Position numbers and translations under genes: made by a program. The notes beneath the pieces were generated by a model. That model was given only the letters and a program-made list of their open reading frames with translations, had not been told where the DNA came from and searched no databases. From contig CBFFRQ010000015.1 of assembly GCA_965644315.1 (NCBI GenBank), positions 40,842 through 104,841 on the forward strand: a stretch of 64,000 nt of DNA, read 5' to 3'. The stretch comes from Caecitellus pseudoparvulus (Eukaryota > Protista > Bigyra: Bicosoecida). Positions 12,601-23,499 of the stretch are shown in pieces (within the stretch, counting starts at the first letter, position 1; every line of letters starts with the position of its first letter).

Positions 12601-15600
12601 CGAAAGTGCTGCGGACGGGCGCTGACGGCTTCGCCAGCCTCGGCGACCTGCACAGCCTGGGCTTTGACAGCATCACGGTGGCTGACGAGTCCAGTGTGGG
12701 CGAGCGTTTCCCCCAGGCCAGCTTCGACTTGGTGCCGCCTGGCACGTCCATGTCTGCCTTCTTCACTGAGCTGACCATGGTGGAGGGCTCAAGCGAGCCG
12801 CTGGTGGTGCCCTTCCACGCCCCTGCCGGGACATCAGGCACACCCTTCGCCTTGGTGCGCATGACGCCGTCACCGCTGGCTGCATGCCTTGACTGGAGCC
12901 AGCCATGGAGTTACTACCACCCAGCCTTGGGGGGCATGGCTGTGGCAGCAGATGCACGTGAGCACGCGACCCACGACCCTGCCGGGCGGTGCATCACCCT
13001 GGCAGGCATGCCTGCTGGCGCTTACCAGCTGACGCTGTTCCGTGACTTTGCTGCGCCTGAGCACATCGTCGTGCACGTCCTTGACGCAGCCACGGCACAG
13101 GCCGTGACGTCTGGCGCCGTCATGGATGCTGCCGCAGCGTCAGGCGCGGGGCTGGCTGCACACACGCCAGCGGCAGCCTCTGCAACCGCCGCCTCCATCG
13201 TGCGTCGGTCTGGCATCGCCTTTGCGCGCAGCACCTCACAGCCTGTGCGGGTGACGGATGTGTCTGTGACGCCAGACGGCAAGGTTGTCGTGGCGACGGC
13301 AGGCGGCAGTGGCGGCAAGGCGGCTGTGCGAGTGCACCTGGCAGCGACACACTTTGCCCCGTACAGCCCCTTGATGAACGGCCTGGGGGAGCTGGGTCAC
13401 GAGGATCGTGCCATTGGCGGCAGCAGCGGGGAGGGCGCCCTGAGCAGCCAGTACATCAAGCCACGCTTGCTGGGTGAGGAGCACCGGTACATTCTGGACC
13501 GTGCCCAGGCGGCAGCACAGGCTGGGAACACCTTGCCCCGTCCGTCCTTGCTGTTGAACCCATGGGCCATCGGCAAGACTCAGACGGACACGCAGGAGGC
13601 AGCGGCAGGCAGTGCGTACGACTCCTTCACGGCGGGTGGACGGGCCGACGTCCCTCGGTCACGGAAGGCAAAAATGGCAAAGAAGCCTGGACGTTACGGA
13701 AAAGGTGGACGCGTTGGGCACCACGGCCCGCCCAGCAGCCAAGTGACGCTGGACTTCTTGGCCCACCCCGCTCGCCTGCACTTCAACCTCACCCCTGACG
13801 CACAGGGCTGTGTCAGCGTGCCCCTGGCTGAGCTGGCCACAGAAGCCACCGGCCCAGTCTTCCTCACGGTGGTGGCGACGGATGCCGTGTCATGTGCAGG
13901 CTACACCACCAGCCTCATGCCCAGCCCCGATGCACATGCTGCAGCCCAGAGCGGCGATGCTGCCGCCCTTGCTGCTGCTGATGCTGCTGCCAAGTGGGCA
14001 CGGCCCATGTCTCTGGAGTACCCCCTGCCGCCCACACAGCACTTCTCACAGCAGAAGAGCATCTCGGTCCTGCGCACTGGGGAGTCTGCATCCATCACAG
14101 CTGCCAGCGACACGAAGGTGGAGGAGTACGCCACCCTCAGCCGCATCCTGCGCCTGTTCACTGGCCTGTCCACACACATGCCGGGCGGCAGCAGCACCCA
14201 CAGTGCCGCCCTGACGAAGGACTTCTCCTGGCTGGTGAGCTGGCCCAGTCTGTCGCCTGCTGAGAAGGCCGCCAAGTACTCCAAGTACGCTTGCCACGAG
14301 GTGCACTTGTTCCTGTACATGCGGGACCGGGCCTTCTTCGACAGCGTCGTGCGGCCCTACCTGCAGTGCAAGCGCGCCAAGACCTTCATGGATCGCTTCG
14401 TGCTGGGTGAGGACCTGACGTACTACGCTGCGCCTGGCCCCTTTGCCCAGCTGAACCATGCTGAGCGTGCCCTCTTGATTGGGCGCCTGCCATCTGCTGG
14501 TTCCCCTGCTGCGGCAGGCGATGACACGCCTTCTGCACGCGCTGAGGCCGTGGAGGCGGCAGACGGAGCAGCTCACGCGTTTTTGTTGGCGACCAGTGCA
14601 CTGGACCGTGCTGAGCAACAGCCGACGCCCAGTGAGGTGTGGGAGTTGGTGTTCAACTCTGCCATCTCGTCCAACGCGCTGGAGGATGACGACAAGGCAC
14701 ACGCGCTGGCCGATCAGATCAAGAAGACCGCCCTGCGGGACAAGGCAAGCAAGGAACTTGAGCGTGCAGAAAGCTCACTTCGGCCTCAAGCTGAACAAAT
14801 GTTCTTCAGGGCACAGAAAGCAAAATCTGCAACAAGTGAGGAGGGTGCTCGGCTCGGATTGAACCGAAGGATGAAGGAGGCCAAATTTTCGTCCAGAGCT
14901 GCATCTTCATCGGACGAAGATTGTTCTGAAGTTGAAGAAGAAGAAGAAGACGATGACGAAGATGGCTGCTTGCCGCAGTCGTCACTTCGCGGTGAAATCA
15001 CCTCGTCTGCGTGTGAGGTTGCAGACTTGGCTGATCGTCGCCGAGTGGCTCAGGAAGCGTACCGCTCCCTGGACAAGACCGAGGAGTTCGCCGAGATGCA
15101 CTACTGGAACGTCAAGACCACCCAGAACACGACCCACCTCGTCACCTTCTCCGAGTTCTGGGCCGACTTTGCCGTGCACCGTGCCAAGTATGGCGAGCCC
15201 TTCCTGCCTGATGGCAGCGCCAATGCGGCGTATGTGCCCTTCGTGTCTCGCAACTTCGCCCTGGCAGCCAGGTCGCTGAACGAGATGCTGCTGGCGCTGG
15301 CCGTGATTGAGCTGCCCTTCACCAACGACGACGCTTCCGATGTGCAGGTGAGCGAGGGCAAGGTGGTGTACACTGCCAAGTCTGCGCCTGTAGTGCTGTT
15401 CCACAAGGACCTGCAGGAGGCCAGCGAGCCAGAGGCCACGACAGTGCTGGTGGGGCAGAACTACTTTGACCCCTCGGACAGGTACAAGACGGTGAAGGGG
15501 CAGCAAGTGGACAAGTACGTGGCTGGTGGGGAGTTCATGCGGCACAAGGTGTACGGTGTGCAGTGCGTCATCACCAACGTGTCCTCTGCGAGCCAGGAGC

Positions 15601-17435
15601 TGGACTACCTTCTGCAGATCCCGCAGGGCGCAGTGCCACTCCGCAACGGCTTCGTGATGAAGTCCTTCCACCAGCGCCTGTCAGCGTACTCCACGACACG
15701 GGCCGAGTACTTCTTCTACTTCCCTGCCTTGGGTGAGTACGCTCACTACCCAGTGCACGTGTCTGCTGATGAGGAGCTGGTGGCAGCTGCCCGGCCCACG
15801 GCTGTGAAGGTGGTGGACAAGCCCACCTTTGAGGACCATGAGTCATGGCAGTATGTCAGCCAGCAAGGCAGCGAGGCCCAAGTGATGGCGTACCTGTGCT
15901 CTCACTCCTTGGCCGGCGTGGATGTGGGCAAGGTGGCGTGGAGGTGCAGCGACCCCAGCACCTGGCATGCCATCACGTCCGCCTTGGCGGCTCGTGGCGT
16001 GTACAACGGCACCATCTGGCAGTATGCCTTCAAGCACGGCGACGTGCGGGGCATTCGGCAGTGGCTGCTGCAGCAGTCCAACGGGGGCCGCCTGGGCAGC
16101 TTCGTCTTCCCCACTCTGGCGTCATCCCTGGTGTCCTTTGCGCCTGAGCCATGGGTGTCGGGGCAGCCCGGCGCAGCTGAGATGTACATGGACCCCCATA
16201 GCAGCACGGGGGCGTATGAGCATTTGGAGTACTCCCCCCTGGTGAATGCGCGTGCACACCAGCTGGGCGCATCACGCAAGATCATGAACGTGCAGCAGAG
16301 CAAGCAGTGGCGCCGGCTGCTGGAGGTGCTGGCATACACCCCCAGCGACCGCATCACCACTTCCGCCCGCCTGGCCATCGTGTACCACTTGCTGTTGCAG
16401 GACCGCGTCATGGATGCTCAGGCACAGTTTGCGAAGGTGCCTGTGCCGCCTGGCTCTGTCGTGAGTGGTGCTCGTGGCACACCCAGCACTGTGGCGGCGA
16501 CGCTGACAGGTGCAGCCCTGGAGGGGCAGTGGGGTGTGCTCATGTACGACTACTTGGCAGCATACCTGGACTTCTTCAACGTCGACGACCAGCCAGTGGC
16601 TCGGGCTGTCGCAGCTGCATATGCGGAGTACCCCGTGCCCAAGTGGCAGCGCAAGTTTGCCGCCGTGGCAGCCCAGCTGGCGGAAGCAGATGGCGCAGGC
16701 GGCGCCGGAGCAGCAGCGGCAGGCGAGGACAGCACGCTGCATGCCGACGCAGCTGAGGACAAGGAGCTGGCGCGGGAGAAGCAGACCAGTGCCTTGATGA
16801 GCAGCGCGCCATCCCTGGACATCATGGCTGAAGGCAGCGGCGTGCGTGTGACGTACAGCAACCTGTCAGCCGTGTCCCTGCGCTTCTACCTCATGGACAT
16901 CGAGCTGCTGTTCTCCACGTCAGCCTTCGTCACGGCAGACAGCGGCGGCTCCAGTGGCAGTGTGGGGCAGTTCGCCTTTGTGCGGCCCAACGACGTGGTG
17001 GGCCACGAGCTGCCGGCGCCAGTGGCAGCAGGCGTGGAGTCCGAGACAGTCATCCCCCTGCCAGACAAGTACAGCTCCCGCAACGTGCTGGTGGAGGCGG
17101 TGGGCGCAGGCATCCACTGCACCGCGCCGTACTTTGCCAACAGCATGCGTGTGCACGTGGTGGAGAACGCTGGGCGTGTGTCTGTGCGTGATTCGGCCAG
17201 CGGGCGGCCCCTGCCAAAGGTGTATGTGAAGGTGTTCAGCCGTCGCTCCGCGGGGGACAGCAAGGGCAAGTTCTACAAGGACGGCTACACCGACTTGCGT
17301 GGTGTGTTTGACTACGCCTCCCTGTCCACGGACGAGCTGTCCCACGTGCAGCGCTTTGCGTTGCTCGTCAAGAGCCAGGGCATGGGCGCCGTCATCCGCA
17401 CAGCGCGCCCACCGGCGGGCACTGGCAACGCCTGA
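9674..17435 (+). CDS. Giant alpha-2-macroglobulin-like protein, copy B, ~2514 aa
   Basis: Exons 9674-9730, 9819-9900, 10030-17435. Introns GTGCGT..CCACAG (88 nt) and GTGCGT..GTGCAG (129 nt) keep the frame: MDPVQSSDLDFIEKWALSD-DRKAVLSELVPGSNRWYYFQELLSEQS-GYPADL. Same motifs as copy A. Confidence 0.75.
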
Positions 17436-17631
17436 GGGATGTGACAATGCAATCGCCCTGGGCGAATATGTTCAAACATGAACAAAACAAACCAACTTCA
17501 TTTTCATTGTATTTTGGAAGCCAGCGCCAAGCGTTGAACCTCCAGGCGCGGGTTCACCGGCAGCGTTGCACCGGAGTTTCACCACGATTTCTGATACACG
17601 ACTTTGCTTTCGTCGGGCGCCGTAGTCAACG

Positions 17632-20600
17632 ATGGGCGGGGGTGCGTTCTGTCTACCTTTGTGTTTCAGAGGTTTGATAGCTTTTTCTTCAAGCTTCAGA
17701 CCTCCAAGGCGTCTCTGCCTCCGGCACTGCAGCCTGGCAAACGGAGGCGCTTGGTGTGTCGCAGCGACACCCAGCACCAACTCCGCGAACGGCGTGCATT
17801 TTGCCACTCTTCTGACAGCACCCAGGCGTATTTCTCCTGCGCAGGCCCCCCACCTCCTCCTCCCTCGACGGGGGGGCGCAAGTTGTCCCCCACCCCTACC
17901 ATGGGGCCTCCTCCCATGGGAAAGCGAAGATCCACGCTGAAGTCTGGCAGCAGCCTTACTCAAGGGTTGCCCTCTGTGCCGCCACCACCATCAGGAGGAG
18001 CTCGAAAAGTCGGCCCACCTCCAGTGGGTGGACCGAAGACCCCACCACGCTCGACGGCGCCTGTGCCACCGCCTCCACCCTCCAAGGCTGCCCCGCCTCC
18101 CCCAAGGCAGGGTGCTGAGGACAGCAAGCCAGCCGCCCCGCCCCCGGCCGCCCGAGCGCCCCCTCGGCCAAACCAAGACCCCCCACCAGCGCCTTCCCCT
18201 GCGTCTGCTGTCGACAAGGTCCCCCCTCTCCCAGGCACAAGCGCACCTGGCAGGCCGGCGCCTCCGCGCAAAGGTCCCCCCCCGCTGCGGAAGTCCACAG
18301 CTGTGCCGCCACCTGGCAAGCCTGGCGCGACAGCGACGAAGGGGAAGCGTCCACCCCCGTCGCCCAAGCGGTCCAGTCCCATCGCAACCCAGCGGTCGCC
18401 GTCCCCTACGAAGCTTGCCAAAGGGCGGCGTCCGAGCATTCGAGTGGCGGGGGGGTCCAGGCCGCCGCCACCCCGCACACCGTCCCGAGCATCGTCACAG
18501 GGAAGCCTGAGGGCGACTCCAGAACACGGCGACCGCCCCTCAAGCCCAGTGCGGTCCTTGCCCTCGTCTAGCGGGGGCAAAGGGGTGGTTGACCCGCAGG
18601 GTGAGAGCCGTACGCCGCCCCCCAAGTCAGCCTCGCCAAAGCCTGGCTCACCGAAATCTGGTTCGCCAAAGGCTGGGTCTCCAAAGTCCTCCTCACCTGC
18701 CAGTCAGTCAGACACTGGAACAGGTCCCCCCAAGGCGCCACCAGCCCCGAAGAGCAGCCCTAAGCCGCCTCTCCAGCCAGGTCCTGCCGCGTCTGGCGGC
18801 AGTGGCAAGTCACGCCGGGTGTCGTGGACACAGAGAGTAGCTCCAGGCGGCACAGACACGGGGTCGCTGTCTGGGATGGAGGAGCCAGCAAAGACCACGA
18901 TCAGCAACATCAGCATGGTCACCTCCCCCACCCCGTCCCCCACCGGCGGCGACACTGCCCCAGACTCGCCACGAGCAGTCTCCGTGACGAACGTGGCGAG
19001 CGGGATGCGCGACCCACCAGCCACCCTGTCCCCCACTCGCTCCTCTAGCGCCAAACCTGCCAAGCGTGCAAAGAGCGGGAAAAAGAAGAAGCTGAAGAAG
19101 AAGAAGAGCTCCAGGGGGCTGCGTTCCGGGGGGGATGGCGAGTCAGAGGATATGGAAAGCCAGGGCAGTTTCTTGCGCGACCAGCAAGCGGAGGAGGAGG
19201 AATTCCAAGCCATGGTGGAGGCGGAACAAGCGGAGATGGCCCACCTCATGGAAGTGCAGGCCGCCGCTTCTGCTGCGCTGGCCATGAAACGCGCAACGCT
19301 GTACGGGGAGACGGTGCCGGGCTCGAAGGATGAGGACTATGCGCTGCTGCAGCAGATGACGTTGGCCGGGATGGACCCACTGACTGCGGCGAGCATTCTG
19401 CAGACCCGGCGTGCCACTTTGGAGCGCAGCAAGGAGGCAGGCAAGAGGGGGGGGGCTGAGAAGGCTTCGCCTGGCCCGGAGCCGCCCAAGCCTTCCCGCT
19501 CGGAGGAGAAAGTGGACAAGCCACCCCCCGTGTACAAGGCAGGGCAGACAAGCCAGGCAGGTCCCCGCCACAAAACCATGCGAAAGGACTCACCTGCAAG
19601 CTCTGCGAGTCATGCAGAAGGCAACACAAAGCAGGATCAGCCTGCAGACTCGGCAGCACGGCAGAAGGCTCTGGACAGCATTCGGGCTGCAAAGTCCGCA
19701 CACCCTGACCGGGGTATGAGCCACAGGGGGGGGCTGGTGGCCCCAGTGGAGAGCTCAGGCAGCGCGTTCGGGCGGCCCGCCGCATCGGGCGGCAAGCAAG
19801 GCAGGGTCACGCCAGGCCAAGAGTCACACAGTGAGGGTGGGCGCATGGCTCCTCCAGCGCGGGACGAAACGGCCGCCTCGCCACGGGCAGGGGAGTCCAG
19901 CGGTGCCTACCGACCGCTGCCAACACGTGCATACGCACATCAGGCTGCCAGCCACACAGACATAGACGAAGCGTTCAGTAGCTTGCAAGCCTCCATCGCA
20001 GGAGTGGATGCGTTGCGGGCGCAGGTGCTGCAGCGACTTGCTGGGCGGCCTTCGACCGCGGCCAACGCCACCGTGGGACGAGGTGGTGCTGCCCCGAAGC
20101 TATCTGCACACGCGTATGCAGTTCCACAAGGTGGGCAAGTGGCACGTCAGGCTGGAGGGGGGGGTGGCAGGGTGCCGCCACCTGGCATGTCCCCTCACGG
20201 CGCAGTGCCACCTGCCATGGTGCTGATCACAGAAGGGGGCAGAGGCAGCGCCTCCCAGTCCACCGTTGTGCACATTGGTGCGACGGGCATCTCGGCGGAA
20301 GCACAGGCTACACTGCAGCGCCTGGCGGAGGACAAGGCTGCTGGGCGCCTGGGAGCGGTGCCGAAAGGGTGGGCAGGTGCTGTGCCCACCTCGTCTGTGG
20401 CTTCCGGGCGGCACGTGAAGCAGACAGAGGCGCAAGGCGTGCACGGTCCTCAGCCTCAGGAGACACCCACATCCCCCCCTCCACCGCGCGACATGGCTCC
20501 AGCACAGACGCCCACCCCGGCAGCCTCGGCCTCTCCGGAACACCAAAATGGCGCAGCGCCCACGGCTCCCGCACCCACCTCACCTCCAACACCTGCCGCC

Positions 20601-22517
20601 CCTGCCGCAGCTCAGAAGCAGAGCAGTGCGCCCAGTCCTGGGAAGCTCCCAGTGCCTCCGCAGCCTAAGCCACAGCAGCACGTGGCAGGTGGTGTCTTGG
20701 GCAAGGCCGGGGGGCGCAGCTGCCGAGTTCCGGCGGCAAGAGGCAAGCCGCCGGGCATGTCCCCCCCACACAAGCCCAGTAAAGGCCTGCACGCAGGCAA
20801 ACGGGAGGTGCCTGCAGCTCCTCAGGCGTCCAGGATGGTTGGCGCCCCGACAAGCCCAAGCAGGGGCCGGAGTCCTTCTCGGGGCTTCGGCCGCAGCGGC
20901 AGCCCACGAAGCAAGGCGTTTGAGCAGGGCACCGGCCCAGCTCCCACAGCAAGGCAAGTGGCAAAGTCAAAAGCGCAAGCAGACATCGCAGCTGTAGCTG
21001 CCGTTGCACAAGCGGTGTCTGGTAGCGCTGTGCAGGTGGCGCTGCGTCGCTGCAGTCTAGTGCAGGAGGAGCTGCTGGTGCTGCAGGCGGCTGACGAGCG
21101 CCTCGCGGCACTGCAGCAGTCTGCGCACTCTGCAGCCAGCGCCCTCGCAGCCCGCAAGGCTGAGCTGGTGGCCCTGGCAGAGGAGGCTGAACGGCACGTG
21201 GCCCAGCAAGAGGCGGTCGTGCGTGAGGGTGGGGCACAGGCCGCCGCTGCGCTGGAGGCGGCAGCTGGGCAGGCTCGGCGTGACCTGGAGGAGACGGCTG
21301 ATGCTCAAGCGCTTCTCATTTTGCAGCGGACGCAGGGCCGCGCCAATGCTGACAAGCGGTCCCTGGTCACGCTGCTGGAGACGGCCAATGCTCTGCACAA
21401 AGCAGCAGATGAGACGCAGGGCGCGCAGGCCGCACACGCGGCACAGCAGGGGCGGGTCATGTCCGAAGCTCTGCGCCAGAGCGTTGAGGAGAGCAAGGCG
21501 GCTTGGCAGGCTGGGGAAGCCGACTTGGCCGCCCTGGCCGCACGCATTGAACAGGCGTATGCTGGACACGCCCGGGCTGTGCAGCAGTTGTCTGGCGTTG
21601 GGAAGAAGCTTAAGCAGCAGCTGACTCGTGCCGAGTCGGCTGAAGCAGCCACAGCAGCTCACGCAGACGAAGTGCGCCAGCTCAAGGCGCGTATCGCGAC
21701 AACTGAGCGACTCGTCGCGGAGTCACTTCAGACGTCCATGCTGTCAGGCTCTGAGGTGGCAGGCGGTGCAACCTTTGCTGCTGCTGCTGCTGCTGCTTCC
21801 TCCGTTAGTGAAGGGTCGCTTCTGGGAAGTGAATCTTCAGACAGTGTCAGTGTGGAGGGGGAGGGGGCTGCCGACCTGGAGCGCATGCGGCAGCTGCTGA
21901 CCCAGGCCGCTGCAGATGCTTTGGCCAGCCCCCAGGCCGGGGGCATTCCTCCAGGTGCATCATCGACGCACGGCCGTGCTGCTGAGAACACTTCGCCTGG
22001 ATCTGCGGAGGAGGAGGACGCTGAAGCCGATTTGTTCCATACATTCAGTGCCCTTGTGGCAGAGCACCTGACTACAACTGCTGCTGAGGCCATCTCGCGA
22101 GGAGAGACGCCTCCGGCCGCACAAGGGGGGCGCCTGCAATTGGCAGCACACGATGTGCCCCCAAAGTCTCAGGCGCTGTGGGATGCGAGCCTGGGCCCGC
22201 CAGACCCGCTCCCCAGCGACACTGAGCACCTGTCAGGCCTGACCATGCGCCAACTGCAGGCCGCCCGGAAATCCGTCGCTGGGCGTTTGCGAGCCGCTGA
22301 AGCCAGCCTCGGGCATGCACAACGCATGGCTGCGCGCAGGGGCATGCTGCCGTGGCGGCCTGGATCTTCGCGTCGACTGGGGGCCGCTGGCACGGCATCC
22401 AGGGGGGGAGCGGTCGCCAAGGCGACGGCGGCTTTGGAGCTCCAAGCCGCCCAGGCCACGTGCTTGGCCTTGGAAGATGAGCTGGCTGAGATCGTGGCTG
22501 AGATGGGCAGGCGCTGA
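17632..22517 (+). CDS. Large proline-rich, low-complexity protein with C-terminal coiled coil
   Basis: Micro-exon 17632-17641 (MGG), phase-1 intron GTGCGT..GCGCAG 17642-17844, then an open exon to 22517. Pro-rich N-terminus, basic KKKKLKKKK patch, Ala/Glu/Gln helical region. Confidence 0.7.
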
Positions 22518-22576
22518 GAGCTAGCCTGCGTGCAGCGCGACAGGACAGCAATGCATTCATGTGCGCTTGGCAGGGG

Positions 22577-23050
22577 TCACTTGCGGCCACCCTTCTTGCG
22601 GCGCCGGCGAGCCGCCTTGCCACCTGACGCTGGGGGCATGTCCGAGTCGTCAGCTCCTGTCCCTGCCGAGCTGCTTCCGGCAGCAGTCACTGTGGCCGCC
22701 TCTGCCTCGTGGCCTTCTCCGTCAGAGCCACTCTCCTCCTCGTCCATGATGAAGCCCGTGGTGGTGTCGTACTCGGACTCCTCGTCAGAGCCCACCTCGG
22801 CCAGTTGCTGCTGAAGTGCACTCAAGTGTGCCTGGGGGTCAAGGGGCATCCCCCGCTCATCAAAACCCAGTTCACGCAACTTGGCATTCTCCGCGTCAAT
22901 TTCCGCTTGCGACTTGCGAGTTGGTGCCATGCTCACTGCCATGCCAATCAACACCGTGGCGACAACAACAAGCAACACAGCTGGAGACCAAGGCCCGAAG
23001 GTGTCCAGGAGCCACCCGATGCCTGCATCTATGTACTCGTCAGGGGTCAT
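22577..23050 (-). CDS. Small single-pass membrane protein, unknown function
   Basis: MTPDEYIDAG..., hydrophobic AVLLVVVATVLIGMAV, acidic tail ending RRRRKKGGRK. Confidence 0.6.
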   Translation of the reverse strand: MTPDEYIDAGIGWLLDTFGPWSPAVLLVVVATVLIGMAVSMAPTRKSQAEIDAENAKLRELGFDERGMPLDPQAHLSALQQQLAEVGSDEESEYDTTTGFIMDEEESGSDGEGHEAEAATVTAAGSSSAGTGADDSDMPPASGGKAARRRRKKGGRK

Positions 23051-23499
23051 TGTGGGAGGAGCCGATTCAGAGAGCCCTCGCTGCTTCAGCCTTGAGCAAC
23101 ACTGGCTTGGGGAACCTAGCCTCACAGTGGGGCCTCAACCGCGTGGCCAACGCTTGCTGGTGGCGAAAAGGTGGGTAGCGGTGGTTTTTGTAGGATAGAG
23201 ATAGATGCACAGCACACGCCAGAGTGTGTCCCCAAGATTTCTACCTGCGTGCCAAGAGGTACATGATAAGTTAGGTCACCAGTTGCTTGCAGTGCCATAG
23301 TTTTAGCAGCTCTTCAGGCTTCTGAGGCGAAAGATGTCCATTTGTGGCACTATGGTCAAGAAAATACAACCTAATCGTGGTTCACATGACCTTCTTGTCG
23401 TCTGTCGTGTCCCCGAAGGGCTTTGTTTCGGCAGAGGCGGCGCCGGCGTCGGGAGCGCTTGCCAGCGCCAGGCTTCGGGCGTGGTGAGCGGCGCACGAC

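Larger units (their letters stand above)
1478..17435. repeat. Long inverted repeat: arms 1478-9218 and 9662-17435, unique 443-bp spacer
   Basis: ORF tracks mirror each other (coordinate sum 18880 in the 5' part). Identity starts at GACCGAATCGCC-ATG and ends at the TGA stop. Confidence 0.97.

Noticed and set aside
1478-17435. Diversity-generating retroelement acting on VR1/VR2
   Set aside because: No RT or template repeat, and the differences are wholesale with indels rather than adenine-specific substitutions.
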